A stretch of 64,000 nt of DNA from Methanobacteriota archaeon (GTDB taxonomy: Archaea; Halobacteriota; Bog-38; Methanoflorentales; Methanoflorentaceae), in contig CAVRAO010000012.1 of NCBI GenBank assembly GCA_963719035.1, forward strand, positions 1 through 64,000, written 5' to 3'. Positions 29,524 to 39,607 of this stretch are shown here, one piece after another. Under the pieces are notes generated by a model. The model was not told the DNA's origin and did no database searches. It saw nothing but the letters and a program-made list of their open reading frames with translations. A program made the translations under genes and the position numbers. Position 1 is the first letter of the stretch. Every line of letters begins with the position of its first letter.

Positions 29524-32193
29524 GTGTGGGGGGAGAGTGAAATTAGCACCTTAGATCCCGAAGACTGGCACGCGCGGAGTCCAGAAGACACGTTCCGCCT
29601 AATAGGTTCAAACCAGCAAGGGCTGACGCAAGTGGAAGCTGCCAAACGTCTCTCGACGGTTGGAACGAATGAACTTCCACAAGCGAAAAAGCCGCACAAG
29701 CTCCTAGTTTTCCTCAGGCAGTTCAAAAGCCCGCTGATTTATATTTTGATTGTCGCTGCCGTTATAACGCTCTTCTTTGGCTCCATTATTGACGCGCTTG
29801 TGATAGGGCTCATCTTGGTGATAAATGCGATCATTGGCTTTGTTCAGGAAAACAAGGCGGAAAACGTCCTTGAAACGTTGAAGGAACTTACCGCCCCCAA
29901 GAGCACAGTGGTCAGAGCCGGCGTTTGCGAAGTGATCGACACCAGACAAATTGTCCCCGGTGACGTGATACAGCTCCAGGCAGGAGACCGAGTACCAGCA
30001 GATGCGCGCCTGTTTACCGTTAAGTCGCTGAAAGTAGACGAGTCGATGCTCACCGGAGAATCAGAGACGGTGGGTAAACAGACGCACGCTCACACGTCTA
30101 ACATCATGTACGCTGGAACAGTCATAACTGAGGGGCGCGGGGAGGCAGTCGTTGTCGCTACTGGACGTGCCACTGAATTTGGGAGCATAGCGGAGTTTGT
30201 GCAAAGCGCAGAGCGTGAAGAAACACCGCTGCAGAAGGATCTCGGAGTGCTGGGAAAATGGATCGGCATCCTCGTCCTCGTGATTGTTGGCATCCTCTTT
30301 GTCGTGGGCGTGCTCCGGAGTTTTTCGCTCTTTGAGATGTTTCTAATAGCGGTCAGTCAAGCAGTTTCAGCGATACCCGAAGGACTGCCCGCCGCAATCA
30401 CGGTGGTTATGACGGTAGGGGTCCGGAAGATGGCAGGGGAAAATGCCATCATTCGACGTCTTTCTGCCGTTGAAACGCTTGGATCGACTGACGTCATATT
30501 GACCGATAAGACCGGGACGCTGACGCTCAACAAGATGCGAGTTGAAGAGCTATGGGTGCCAGATGGAGGCGCCGTCCCGTTCCCAGCCGATACCTCTGGA
30601 CCTGTTATCAAAGGTGAGGCCGGGATGACAGCGAAAGCCGACGAAAGGGTGCGCGAGTTGCTGACAGCGATGGCATACGCCAATGATGCCCAGCTCACAG
30701 ACGGCAACGCCATAGGCGATCCCACAGAGCTGGCGCTTCTCGTAGCTGCAGCGGAGGCAGGCATTGAAAAACAGGCGCTCGAAGACGTGTATCCGCGCGT
30801 TGATGAGATCCCCTTTGATCAGGAGAAGCTGTATATGGCTGCCGCGAGCAGCGGCCGGGTGTACGCCAAGGGCGCCCCGGAGGTTATACTAGCCCGCTGT
30901 GAAACCATCATCACAAATGGATCGAAAAAGAAGATCGACGAAACGGTCGTGCAAGAGATCCTGAAGGCGAACCGAACAATGGCAGCAAATGGGTTGCGGG
31001 TACTCGCGGCAGCCACGCGTGACATTGCTGCCGTGCCCGTGAATGAAAGCACGAGCGACACGGCCATAATCGACGATGATTCCCTCGTGGGGCTTACATT
31101 TCTTGGCCTCGTTGGCATGAAAGACCCGCCACGACCAGAGGTAAAAGACGCGCTCGACGTAAGTAGAAGGGCGGGCATTCGTACGGTCATGGTTACCGGG
31201 GATAATCCGCATACGGCGAAGGCCATCGGCGTCCAGCTAGGTATTATTGGCAAAACGGATCCCGTATTGACAAGCGACGAACTCAACGCTTTGACTGACG
31301 CTAAGCTCGCCAAATCAATAAACGAGGTTTCGGTATTTGCCCGCGTACGACCCCTTGAGAAGCGACGCCTCGTCGAAGCGTTCAAAAAACAGGGACACAT
31401 CGTGGCCGTCACAGGCGACGGGGTCAATGATGCACCCGCACTGATAAGCGCGGATATCGGGGTCGCTATGGGTAAGGGTGGAACTGACGTTGCAAAGGAG
31501 TCGGCTGATATGATCCTCACTGACGACAACTATGCGACGATAATTAAGGCGGTAAGTGAAGGCCGACGAATCTTTGCAAACATTAGGAAGGTGATTCTGT
31601 ACCTTCTTTCGACCAATATCGCCGAATTAATCTTCATTTTTGCAGCTGTAATCATTGGCCTGCCTCTTCCACTGTACCCGGTTCAGATTCTTTGGATTAA
31701 CCTCGTCACTGACGGAGTGTGCGTCATTCCACTTGGGCTGGAACTGGCAGAGCGCGACGTTATGGAACAGCGACCGCGCGAGACGAAAGAGGGTATCATC
31801 TCGAAGCTGATGATTCGGCGGATTGCATTTATGTCCGCTATCATCAGCGTTGGAACCTTACTTCTGTACGTTAACGTGCTATCCACCACCCCTGAACAGG
31901 CGGTCACGATGGCCTTCCTTACGATTGCGATCTTTCAGCTTGTGAACGTGTTTAACTGCAAATCTGAGCGCTCTGTTTTACACAGAAGCGCTTTCACCAA
32001 CCGCTGGCTAATAATCTCGGTGATGGTCGCTCTTGCCATTCAGCTCGCCGTCGTTTATGTGCCAGCGCTCCAGTCTGCTTTTCGGACGGTTCCCGTTGCG
32101 CCCTCCCAGCTTGCGTACGTTTTTGCCGTGTGTCTTTCGATCTTTGTATTAGAAGAGGTACGTAAGCGATTGATGCCAGTTAAGGCTACGTAG
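29524..32193 (+). CDS. P-type cation-transporting ATPase (type IIA, Ca2+-like)
   Basis: TGES, PEGL, DKTGTLT, KGAPE, DPPR and GDGVNDAPAL motifs; start uncertain. Confidence 0.95.
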   Translation: MWGESEISTLDPEDWHARSPEDTFRLIGSNQQGLTQVEAAKRLSTVGTNELPQAKKPHKLLVFLRQFKSPLIYILIVAAVITLFFGSIIDALVIGLILVINAIIGFVQENKAENVLETLKELTAPKSTVVRAGVCEVIDTRQIVPGDVIQLQAGDRVPADARLFTVKSLKVDESMLTGESETVGKQTHAHTSNIMYAGTVITEGRGEAVVVATGRATEFGSIAEFVQSAEREETPLQKDLGVLGKWIGILVLVIVGILFVVGVLRSFSLFEMFLIAVSQAVSAIPEGLPAAITVVMTVGVRKMAGENAIIRRLSAVETLGSTDVILTDKTGTLTLNKMRVEELWVPDGGAVPFPADTSGPVIKGEAGMTAKADERVRELLTAMAYANDAQLTDGNAIGDPTELALLVAAAEAGIEKQALEDVYPRVDEIPFDQEKLYMAAASSGRVYAKGAPEVILARCETIITNGSKKKIDETVVQEILKANRTMAANGLRVLAAATRDIAAVPVNESTSDTAIIDDDSLVGLTFLGLVGMKDPPRPEVKDALDVSRRAGIRTVMVTGDNPHTAKAIGVQLGIIGKTDPVLTSDELNALTDAKLAKSINEVSVFARVRPLEKRRLVEAFKKQGHIVAVTGDGVNDAPALISADIGVAMGKGGTDVAKESADMILTDDNYATIIKAVSEGRRIFANIRKVILYLLSTNIAELIFIFAAVIIGLPLPLYPVQILWINLVTDGVCVIPLGLELAERDVMEQRPRETKEGIISKLMIRRIAFMSAIISVGTLLLYVNVLSTTPEQAVTMAFLTIAIFQLVNVFNCKSERSVLHRSAFTNRWLIISVMVALAIQLAVVYVPALQSAFRTVPVAPSQLAYVFAVCLSIFVLEEVRKRLMPVKAT

Positions 32194-32231
32194 TCATCCA
32201 TTTTTTGTCAATAAACGACGTAGGAACAGGG

Positions 32232-32690
32232 CTAAGGTCGAGGAGGCCGAACGATCATAACGCACGCGTCTGCGTTACGCATTATTACGGTGAGCGTCCC
32301 ACCCAAGAGTCGTCTTGCTGGGGAGAGACTTTTCCTATCTCCGAGCACGACGAGATCGTATATGCCTTCGCGCAATTCGTCCAATATCTCCTCACCAGCT
32401 GGGCCCTCCCGAACGATTGCACGTGCGGTAAGGCCATGCTCGCGCATGTATTCGCACAGGGGGAGTAAAAAGATCCTTTTTGCCGCTTCTTTCTCTGAAT
32501 CAACGTCTTTGAAGAGTCCTTCTATTCGTTCCAAGTCCTCTCTAAAGATTCTCTTGTAGCTGTCGTAGATGCCATGCTCTTCAAGCACGTACAGGAGCGT
32601 ATACTCGATATCCTTCCGAAGCGCATCGACAGCACACTTAAATCCCTCATTCGTGACGGGTGATCCGTCAACGCAGATAAGGACTTTCAT
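32232..32690 (-). CDS. Universal stress protein
   Basis: KVLICVDGS, EG..GEEI, DLVVLG and LLG motifs. Confidence 0.85.
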   Translation of the reverse strand: MKVLICVDGSPVTNEGFKCAVDALRKDIEYTLLYVLEEHGIYDSYKRIFREDLERIEGLFKDVDSEKEAAKRIFLLPLCEYMREHGLTARAIVREGPAGEEILDELREGIYDLVVLGDRKSLSPARRLLGGTLTVIMRNADACVMIVRPPRP

Positions 32691-32715
32691 ATAACCACCA
32701 CTGCTAAGCTTTCCA

Positions 32716-34023
32716 TCAGTAAAACCCCACGAGGTACTTTATGTAGAGGAGGAGATTGCAGAGCACGAGAGCCAGCAACGTCGGCGGAGCTGCAATTTTT
32801 ATCCATCTAAGCCACCCCATGCGGGTCCCATGCTTTTCAAGTGAGCTGTAAGCTACGACGTTTGCAGACGCGCCAATGGGCGTCAGATTGCCTCCGATGT
32901 CCGTACCTAATGACACCGCCCATACCATCATGGATGTCGCAAGAATTGACGGGACAAACGACATGTCCCGGATGACATAGCTCATGGTTAAAGCGAATGG
33001 CACGTTATCGATCACGCCGCTCGCAAAGCCCGATCCCCACAAGAGCAGGGACATGAGTACTACGTTGTTGCCAGCTGCGAAGCTTACCAATCCGCTGGCA
33101 AACGCTGCTATAACGCCCGTTTTTTCGAGCCCTCCGACGATGATGAAGAGACCGATAAAGAACAGGAGCACGTCATAGTCGACCTTTTTAAGGACCGTTT
33201 CAGTCTCTTGTCCTCCAATGAGCAAGAGGACAAAGGCCGGAATCAACGCGGCGAGGGGAACGGTTATCGGAATATTCCACGCTTCCTGAATGTATTCGTG
33301 AGTGATAAGGAGGACCACGGCCGCTAGAAGTGCGCCAAGGCCGAGGCGGAGCAGCCACTTGTTGGTGATTGAGCGCTCTGGGCGAATCGCAGCAAGCGCA
33401 GAGGTGTCGATCTCAACCGAAGACGTCACGTTTTTTCGCTGCATGAGAAAGAGCACGCCAACTGCGAGCAGCGCAGCGACGACCGCAATAGGACCGTTAT
33501 TTACAGCAAATTCGTTAAAGCCAAATCCGAGTTGCGTGCCGAGAATGACGTTGGGCGGATCGCCGACGAGCGTTGACGAACCACCAATGTTAGCGACGAC
33601 GACCTCGCCGACGACGAGCGGAACCGGGTCAATCTTCAGAATCTTGGCAATCTCTATAGTGAGCGTCGCTAAAAAAAGCATGACGGTGATGCTGTCGACA
33701 AAGGCTGCTAGCAACCCAGCGAGGAGCGGGAACACAATAAGCATCGTCCGGGGGTCGTACTTGAGCTTCTTTGCTACGACGAATGAGAGGTACGAAAAGA
33801 ACCCCGCATCGGACAACACGATAACGATGACGAACATCCCGAGGAGGAGGCCGATCGTCTCCCAGTTGACGTAGTTGATTGCTTCGTTCAGATCTAGGAT
33901 GCCGAGGATGAGTAGGACAATGCTTCCGGCACCGACGATGATTGTTCTGTTGATTTTCTCTGTCGCTAAAATGCCGTACACTATGAGGAACGTCAGAAGG
34001 GCAATGATAGCGGCTGATTCCAT
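32716..34023 (-). CDS. ArsB/NhaD (SLC13-like) ion transporter
   Basis: NIGG.STLVGDPPN, DNVPF and GGNLTPIGASANVV motifs. Confidence 0.9.
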   Translation of the reverse strand: MESAAIIALLTFLIVYGILATEKINRTIIVGAGSIVLLILGILDLNEAINYVNWETIGLLLGMFVIVIVLSDAGFFSYLSFVVAKKLKYDPRTMLIVFPLLAGLLAAFVDSITVMLFLATLTIEIAKILKIDPVPLVVGEVVVANIGGSSTLVGDPPNVILGTQLGFGFNEFAVNNGPIAVVAALLAVGVLFLMQRKNVTSSVEIDTSALAAIRPERSITNKWLLRLGLGALLAAVVLLITHEYIQEAWNIPITVPLAALIPAFVLLLIGGQETETVLKKVDYDVLLFFIGLFIIVGGLEKTGVIAAFASGLVSFAAGNNVVLMSLLLWGSGFASGVIDNVPFALTMSYVIRDMSFVPSILATSMMVWAVSLGTDIGGNLTPIGASANVVAYSSLEKHGTRMGWLRWIKIAAPPTLLALVLCNLLLYIKYLVGFY

Positions 34024-34524
34024 CGGGGATTCACAGCTCCGTTGCAGAAGCGGCTTTTATGAGCGTAAATAGCCAAAGAAGATTCTTTAAGATATAGGTT
34101 TCACATTGATCCATTTTCTAGGATCAAGCGGACAGAGGAATATTTCGTGCGGATTTTAATGTTTAGATGGCAAAACAACATCTGATTGACAAAGTAAGGG
34201 CTTGTTTAATTTTTTTAACAAAAAATAGCGGGGATTTACTATAACACCGCATCAAGAAGGCGGAGGTCAATATAAGCTCACCCCAGTTTGCATCTGAGGT
34301 TGTTTCTGTGGAGCGCTTTAATCCTCCTCGCTGCTTTATTGAGCACGAGGGGGGAAAATCTCGGGCGGTCGTCTATTATCGTCAAGCCACAACCGAGCTA
34401 AGCTGATTTTAGCGTAAGCAGCCGACCAGCAACGGCATGCTCTGCGTGTCGCGCCACTTTCACTGGGAGTACATTTATACTAATTGACATACATGATACG
34501 CGCTCACTCGAAGGGGATAACCGC

Positions 34525-35289
34525 GTGAAAATTAGCTGGCGAGTGTATTTCGGGGCTTTGTTGGTTGCGATCTCGGCACTTCTCTATTTGGTTCATTATT
34601 ATGAATTTCGCGACCTCCATCACCTCGCAATCTACGGACTTGGTGATCTTGCCTTTCTGCCGATCGAAGTACTTCTCGTCGTCCTTGTAGTTGACTGGGC
34701 AATCAACGAGCAAGAAAAGCGGAGTCAACTTACCAAACTTAACATGGTGATCGGCATCTACTTCAGTGAGGTCGGCACCGCGCTGCTGAAAGCGTTTTCA
34801 AACTTTGACCCGAATATCGAAAGTATACGCGATGAGCTTTTAGTGAAGGACAGATGGACCACTCGCGACTTCAGCGAGGCGAGCGTACGTCTGAAAAAGC
34901 ACAAATATAAGCTCGTTTACGAAAAGGACGACCCAAAAGCAATGAAGTTTCTAGAGAATCTGCGCAGGTTCCTCATCTCAGAGCGGGCGTTTTTGCTCCG
35001 CCTCCTCGAAAATCCGAACCTCCTCGAACAAGAAACCTTCACCGATCAGCTTTGGGCGGTCTTCCATCTCGCCGATGAACTCCAGTACCGATCAGATCTC
35101 GTTCACCTGCCCGATAGCGATTACCGACACCTCGCTGTAGACGCGGGACGAGCGTATAGCGCGCTCACCTCCGAGTGGCTCAGGTATATGGCGCACCTGT
35201 TGAAGCGATATCCGTACCTCTTCTCCCTAGCGTTGCGCACAAATCCATTCGACGTGTCTGCTTCGCCCATAATCAACGACGCAGGCTAA
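34525..35289 (+). CDS. Conserved hypothetical membrane protein
   Basis: Two N-terminal TM helices; LLENPNLLE.E.FT..LWAVFHL and YPYLFSLA.RTNPF motifs. Confidence 0.75.
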   Translation: MKISWRVYFGALLVAISALLYLVHYYEFRDLHHLAIYGLGDLAFLPIEVLLVVLVVDWAINEQEKRSQLTKLNMVIGIYFSEVGTALLKAFSNFDPNIESIRDELLVKDRWTTRDFSEASVRLKKHKYKLVYEKDDPKAMKFLENLRRFLISERAFLLRLLENPNLLEQETFTDQLWAVFHLADELQYRSDLVHLPDSDYRHLAVDAGRAYSALTSEWLRYMAHLLKRYPYLFSLALRTNPFDVSASPIINDAG

Positions 35290-35551
35290 TTCCCTGCAGC
35301 AACGGCTCGATCCGCTACACAGCCCTTTTGTAGACAGTGCGGTGCAGAACTCGAAAAAAGCGGCACGTACTTGAGCAGCCGCTAAGAGGTATGATCCCGT
35401 ATCATCACTAGCTATCTTAACTTAACATAAACCCTCCAAGTCGATTAACACAGTTAGTTAGGCATAAAAAGTCAAATAGCCCCCCTATTAAGATGTCGCC
35501 AAAAGCGATGAACGAAAAAACATTAAGCGCGCAAGGTCCCTAGTTCTTCCT

Positions 35552-36196
35552 ATGAATTACAAAGACGTTGCGGGTGCGCTGCTGCTCATCGCAGGTATCG
35601 TCGCAATAATGGGAATAATTACCACTGAAGCAACATATCCTGGCTATAGCACAGCAAAGAATGATATTAGCGATTTGGGAGCAACAAGACCGCCCAATAG
35701 CATAATCAAACAGCCCGCTGCGACTATCTTTAGTGCGACGCTCGTCGTAGTAGGCCTGCTTATGACAGGTGGTGCTCTTTGCACCTATCGCGCTTATGGA
35801 CAAAGCAGGTCGTCGGGGCTTCTCGCACTCTTTCTTGGGCTCTTTGGCGTCGGCGCGATAGGAGTAGCGCTCTTTAACGGAAGCACCGATGCGAGCCTTG
35901 TTGCCCACACGCTGTTCGCGCTGCGCACCTTCATAGCGGGGGCGGTCGCCGCTATCGTGGCCTTTGCAGTGGTACGTTCACCATTTCGCTACATTTCTGT
36001 GGTACTGGGTGTCATCGCATTAGCAGGTCTCGTGCTGGTCATCATCGTCGGGGATGCCAACCCCGTCTTTTCGGCTATTGGCAATGGAGGAGCAGAGCGA
36101 TGGATCGTTTATCCATCTGTTCTCTGGGTCATAGGATTTGGCGGTTACTTGATGGGGCTCCCGCTCCCGCGGAATGAGCACGTTAAGGCGACGTAG
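35552..36196 (+). CDS. DUF998 family membrane protein
   Basis: YPGYS...NDISDLG and GGAER.IVYP motifs. Confidence 0.8.
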   Translation: MNYKDVAGALLLIAGIVAIMGIITTEATYPGYSTAKNDISDLGATRPPNSIIKQPAATIFSATLVVVGLLMTGGALCTYRAYGQSRSSGLLALFLGLFGVGAIGVALFNGSTDASLVAHTLFALRTFIAGAVAAIVAFAVVRSPFRYISVVLGVIALAGLVLVIIVGDANPVFSAIGNGGAERWIVYPSVLWVIGFGGYLMGLPLPRNEHVKAT

Positions 36197-36296
36197 ACCT
36201 TTCGTCAAGCAGTACATCGTTTGGGGCACAAAATCAGCGGAGCTGGCTTCATACCCCATCATCGGATTTATCAAAAAGCCACTTTCGCAGCTTTTT

Positions 36297-37577
36297 TTAA
36301 TTCTTTTTCTGTAAGGTCAGGTACGAAATGCCCAGCGTAATAGCCAGCAGGGCTGACCCGATGGCCAGCGTATATAAGGTGAGCTGGAAAAGGAAAAACA
36401 CGCAGACGAGCGTCCCCAGTATGGGGGTGACCGGGATTCCCGCCAGACTAACCGGGACACGGAAAGGGCGGTGAAGCTGTGGAGAGTGTAAGCGCAGTGC
36501 GATCACCGCCGCGTTGATCACGAGGAAGGTCACATAGAGGGTGAAGTTCGTAATCTGGGCATCCTCTCGTATGTCGCCTAAGAGAAGGAAGACTAGCGAG
36601 ACGCCGATGACGACTGCGATAGCGATCCCCGGGGTGCGTCGGGTTCGATGCACCGTAGCGAACCGTCCGGGAAGAGAACCGCTCTTCGCCATCCCATAAA
36701 CGAGCCGGGAGGAAGCGATGAGCATAAGGAGCACGGTGTTTGCCGTGGCGAAAAGCGCAATGATGGTGAACAGGGTAGAACCGCCGCTTCCCAGATACGT
36801 ACTGGCAATCTCTGCGAAGGGAGCCGGTGAGGAGGCGAGGCTCATAAAGCCCACCGCGCTCACCGCGGCCACAGCCACCAGCAGATAGAGGACGATGGTA
36901 ATGACCAGGGCGAAGATGAGCCCGCGGGGAATGTTCTTTTCCGGCTCCCGCGTCTCCTCTGAGAGTTTCACCATCTCTTCAAAACCCTGGAACGCAAAGA
37001 AAATCAGGGCGGCCCCGGCAAACACCCCGGAGAGCCCGGATGGCATCTCCAGGTAGTTAACCGAGCCGAGGTGGGGTAACCCAATGGCGATAATCCCTAC
37101 AAGACCCGCTACTTCTATGAGGGTGAGCACGATTGCCACCCTGGTGGACTCACGGATGCCCCAGGCGGTGAGGAAGCCTAGCCCAAGCAGGAGTGCCACT
37201 GCCACCGGAACGAGAGGGAGGCCAGTAAAGGAGGTAAAGTAGCCCGCAAAGCCTAAGGAGACCGTAGCTGCACCCACCACCCCGGAGAGGATCACCATAA
37301 TCCCAATGATGAAGGCGAGCCTTTGGTGGAAGGCATTTGAGACATAGTCGTACTCTGCTCCTGCGGTGGGAAACATCGAGGAAAGTTCCGCGTAAGAAAG
37401 CCCGGTGAACACGGCGATGAGCGCTGCAAATGCAAAGGAAAGCCAGACCGCGTTGCCGGCGAGTCCTGCCGCCTCCCCGATCAGGACATAAATGCCCGCG
37501 CCAAGAATGATTCCCGTCCCGGAGAGGGTCACCTCCAGGAGGCCGAGTTCACGTTTCAGGGGCACCGGTGATTTCAT
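36297..37577 (-). CDS. APC family amino acid permease
   Basis: GIILGAGIY, SYAELSS.FP.AG and FFAF.GFE...SEE motifs. Confidence 0.92.
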   Translation of the reverse strand: MKSPVPLKRELGLLEVTLSGTGIILGAGIYVLIGEAAGLAGNAVWLSFAFAALIAVFTGLSYAELSSMFPTAGAEYDYVSNAFHQRLAFIIGIMVILSGVVGAATVSLGFAGYFTSFTGLPLVPVAVALLLGLGFLTAWGIRESTRVAIVLTLIEVAGLVGIIAIGLPHLGSVNYLEMPSGLSGVFAGAALIFFAFQGFEEMVKLSEETREPEKNIPRGLIFALVITIVLYLLVAVAAVSAVGFMSLASSPAPFAEIASTYLGSGGSTLFTIIALFATANTVLLMLIASSRLVYGMAKSGSLPGRFATVHRTRRTPGIAIAVVIGVSLVFLLLGDIREDAQITNFTLYVTFLVINAAVIALRLHSPQLHRPFRVPVSLAGIPVTPILGTLVCVFFLFQLTLYTLAIGSALLAITLGISYLTLQKKN

Positions 37578-37726
37578 ATGACGTACGCTTTCTTATGCAC
37601 GAGGGAGAGACAAATATCACCCCTCAACCTAACACGGGTCAGGCGGTCATCGCCAGTTTGTCGGTGTTCCAGCTTCGACTGGACTAAAGGAACAAATTAA
37701 TTGTCGATTAAGGTACCTGATACGAG

Positions 37727-38236
37727 TCAGGCCGTTGCAGTCACTGTCGTAGTATTGCGTGCTGCTTCAAATACGAGCTGAGGGTTGCCCAGACTGTCTG
37801 ATAATGTCAACTCGTTATTGCTCATCGCATACGAGGTAACGTTCTTGAGCAACAGTAAATAGGTGGTCTCCTGAATCATTACGCCGTCTGGATCTGCACA
37901 GAACATAAGCGTTGACCCTACCTGCTCGATATTTATCTCTGTTTTATTGAGCTCATAGCTTCCAAAGTAGCGGTTGCACCCGGAAGAGCCCGTGATATTC
38001 CCGTCGTCAAAAATAGCGGTGATTGTCGTATTGGGCAGCGTGTTTTTCACACCTGTTTCGGTCGCAAGCGATGTAAGTTTCCATGTCGTCCCTTTGAGCT
38101 GCAGAGCGGGCGATGTGGTTGATGTCGTTGCGTTTGGCGAAGGCGTCACGTTGCTCGTGCATCCCGCAGCAGCTGCTGTGGAGAGTAACAACATGCTCAT
38201 CAGTAAAACAAGGGAGATTTTTCTCATAATATCCAA
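37727..38236 (-). CDS. META-domain lipoprotein
   Basis: AAAGC lipobox; W.L.S, GSSGCNRY and STLMFC motifs. Confidence 0.85.
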   Translation of the reverse strand: MDIMRKISLVLLMSMLLLSTAAAAGCTSNVTPSPNATTSTTSPALQLKGTTWKLTSLATETGVKNTLPNTTITAIFDDGNITGSSGCNRYFGSYELNKTEINIEQVGSTLMFCADPDGVMIQETTYLLLLKNVTSYAMSNNELTLSDSLGNPQLVFEAARNTTTVTATA

Positions 38237-38343
38237 TTCACCTCAGCAGGGAGCTAGAAGTGGCTTTAGACACGTACGTCATTGCGCAATGTCGATATTC
38301 ACACTTCTATCGGGTATAGAGAAGTTAATATAAACGCTTTTGT

Positions 38344-38385
38344 TTCTGAGTATTCTGATTTATCTGAAAAATATAAATAGGCTGA
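38344..38385 (+). promoter_or_regulatory. Promoter with TTCTGA direct repeats (9-bp period) abutting the TATA box
   Basis: TTCTGA at 38344 and 38353, ATCTGA at 38362; AATATAAA; conserved in the second cassette. Confidence 0.6.
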
Positions 38386-38399
38386 AGACCATGTATAAT

Positions 38400-38672
38400 A
38401 TGACTATGCAAAATCAAGCCTCGTATAGTGTGCCTGGTGATTCTGACAAGAATACCTGCAAGGTTGAAGCGGTGGTGAGCGTTGACGAGCGTGGGCAGAT
38501 GGTGTTGCCTAAAGACCTCCGTGACCGTGCCCAGATACGGGCAGGTGACAAACTGGCGGTCGTTAGCTGTGAACGAAACGGTACTATCTGCTGCCTCTCT
38601 CTTATCAAGGTCGAGGAACTGTCTGCAACGGTTAAGGGCTTTTTAGGCCCTATCTTTAAGGATACGCTCTAG
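38400..38672 (+). CDS. AbrB-type Cys-rich regulator (HgcC-like), copy 1
   Basis: CKVEAVVSVDERGQMVLPKDLR..GDKL...CC motif. Confidence 0.85.
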   Translation: MTMQNQASYSVPGDSDKNTCKVEAVVSVDERGQMVLPKDLRDRAQIRAGDKLAVVSCERNGTICCLSLIKVEELSATVKGFLGPIFKDTL

Positions 38673-38689
38673 CAAAGGGGTGAATTGTT

Positions 38690-39517
38690 ATGGAAGAGGA
38701 GAAGATAAAGGGCGCCGTCAGAGACGCCTATGCGAAAGTGGCAAAGAATGAGCCACGCAGCTTCGCTGTGAATAGGTGCTGCGGCGGGAGCAGTATTTTT
38801 GTGCGTGATATAAGCACGGCAGTGGGTTACAAGAAGGAAGAGCTCGACTCAGTGCCAGCGGGGGCCAATCTTGGCCTTGGCTGCGGCAATCCCACGGCAT
38901 TGGCCTCGCTGGAAAAAGGTGACACAGTGCTTGACCTTGGAGCGGGTGCGGGTTTCGATTGTTTCCTTGCTGCCAATATTGTCGGCGTGGACGGAAAGGT
39001 AATAGGCGTTGATATGACTCCTGAAATGGTTGACAAGGCCCGGTCGAATGCGCGTGAAGGCGGCTATAAAAACGTCGATTTTATGCTTGGTGAGCTGGAG
39101 CACCTGCCGGTTGTAGACCATTCAGTAGACGTCCTTATTTCGAACTGTGTGATCAATCTGACGCCTGACAAGGCGGCGGTCTTTAACGAAGCGTTCCGCG
39201 TGCTGAAGTCTAAGGGGCGATTTGCTGTTTCTGATATCGTTTTGCTAAAGGAGCTTCCTGAAGCTGTGAAGCAATCAGTTGCCGCATACGTTGGCTGCCT
39301 TTCAGGGGCAATTATGAAGGATACCTACTTGGAAACTATCCGTGCGGCCGGGTTTGAGGGCGTGCGCATTGTTGATGAGGCTGCGTTCCCACTTGACTGC
39401 ATGGCGAATGATCCTACTGCACAGACGATCGGGAACAGCCTTAACCTGACCCCTGAAGAGTTGGATGATGTTGCAACCGCTGTGAGAAGCATAAAAGTTG
39501 TTGGGGAAAAGCCTTAA
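38690..39517 (+). CDS. arsM: Arsenite S-adenosylmethionine methyltransferase
   Basis: [28 protein letters not shown] and YVGC motifs. Confidence 0.92.
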   Translation: MEEEKIKGAVRDAYAKVAKNEPRSFAVNRCCGGSSIFVRDISTAVGYKKEELDSVPAGANLGLGCGNPTALASLEKGDTVLDLGAGAGFDCFLAANIVGVDGKVIGVDMTPEMVDKARSNAREGGYKNVDFMLGELEHLPVVDHSVDVLISNCVINLTPDKAAVFNEAFRVLKSKGRFAVSDIVLLKELPEAVKQSVAAYVGCLSGAIMKDTYLETIRAAGFEGVRIVDEAAFPLDCMANDPTAQTIGNSLNLTPEELDDVATAVRSIKVVGEKP

Positions 39518-39607
39518 AAGCCCCTGGAAACGGTGCTAGCGCTCGCAAAAGCGCTTGGATGCAACTGACGCTCTTAGCTTTGCCCCTAATAGCAGCTTAA
39601 GCGTGAA

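Noticed and set aside
30819-31529. Long antisense ORFs (also 5795-6334, 33302-33874 and others)
   Set aside because: Shadow ORFs opposite well-supported genes
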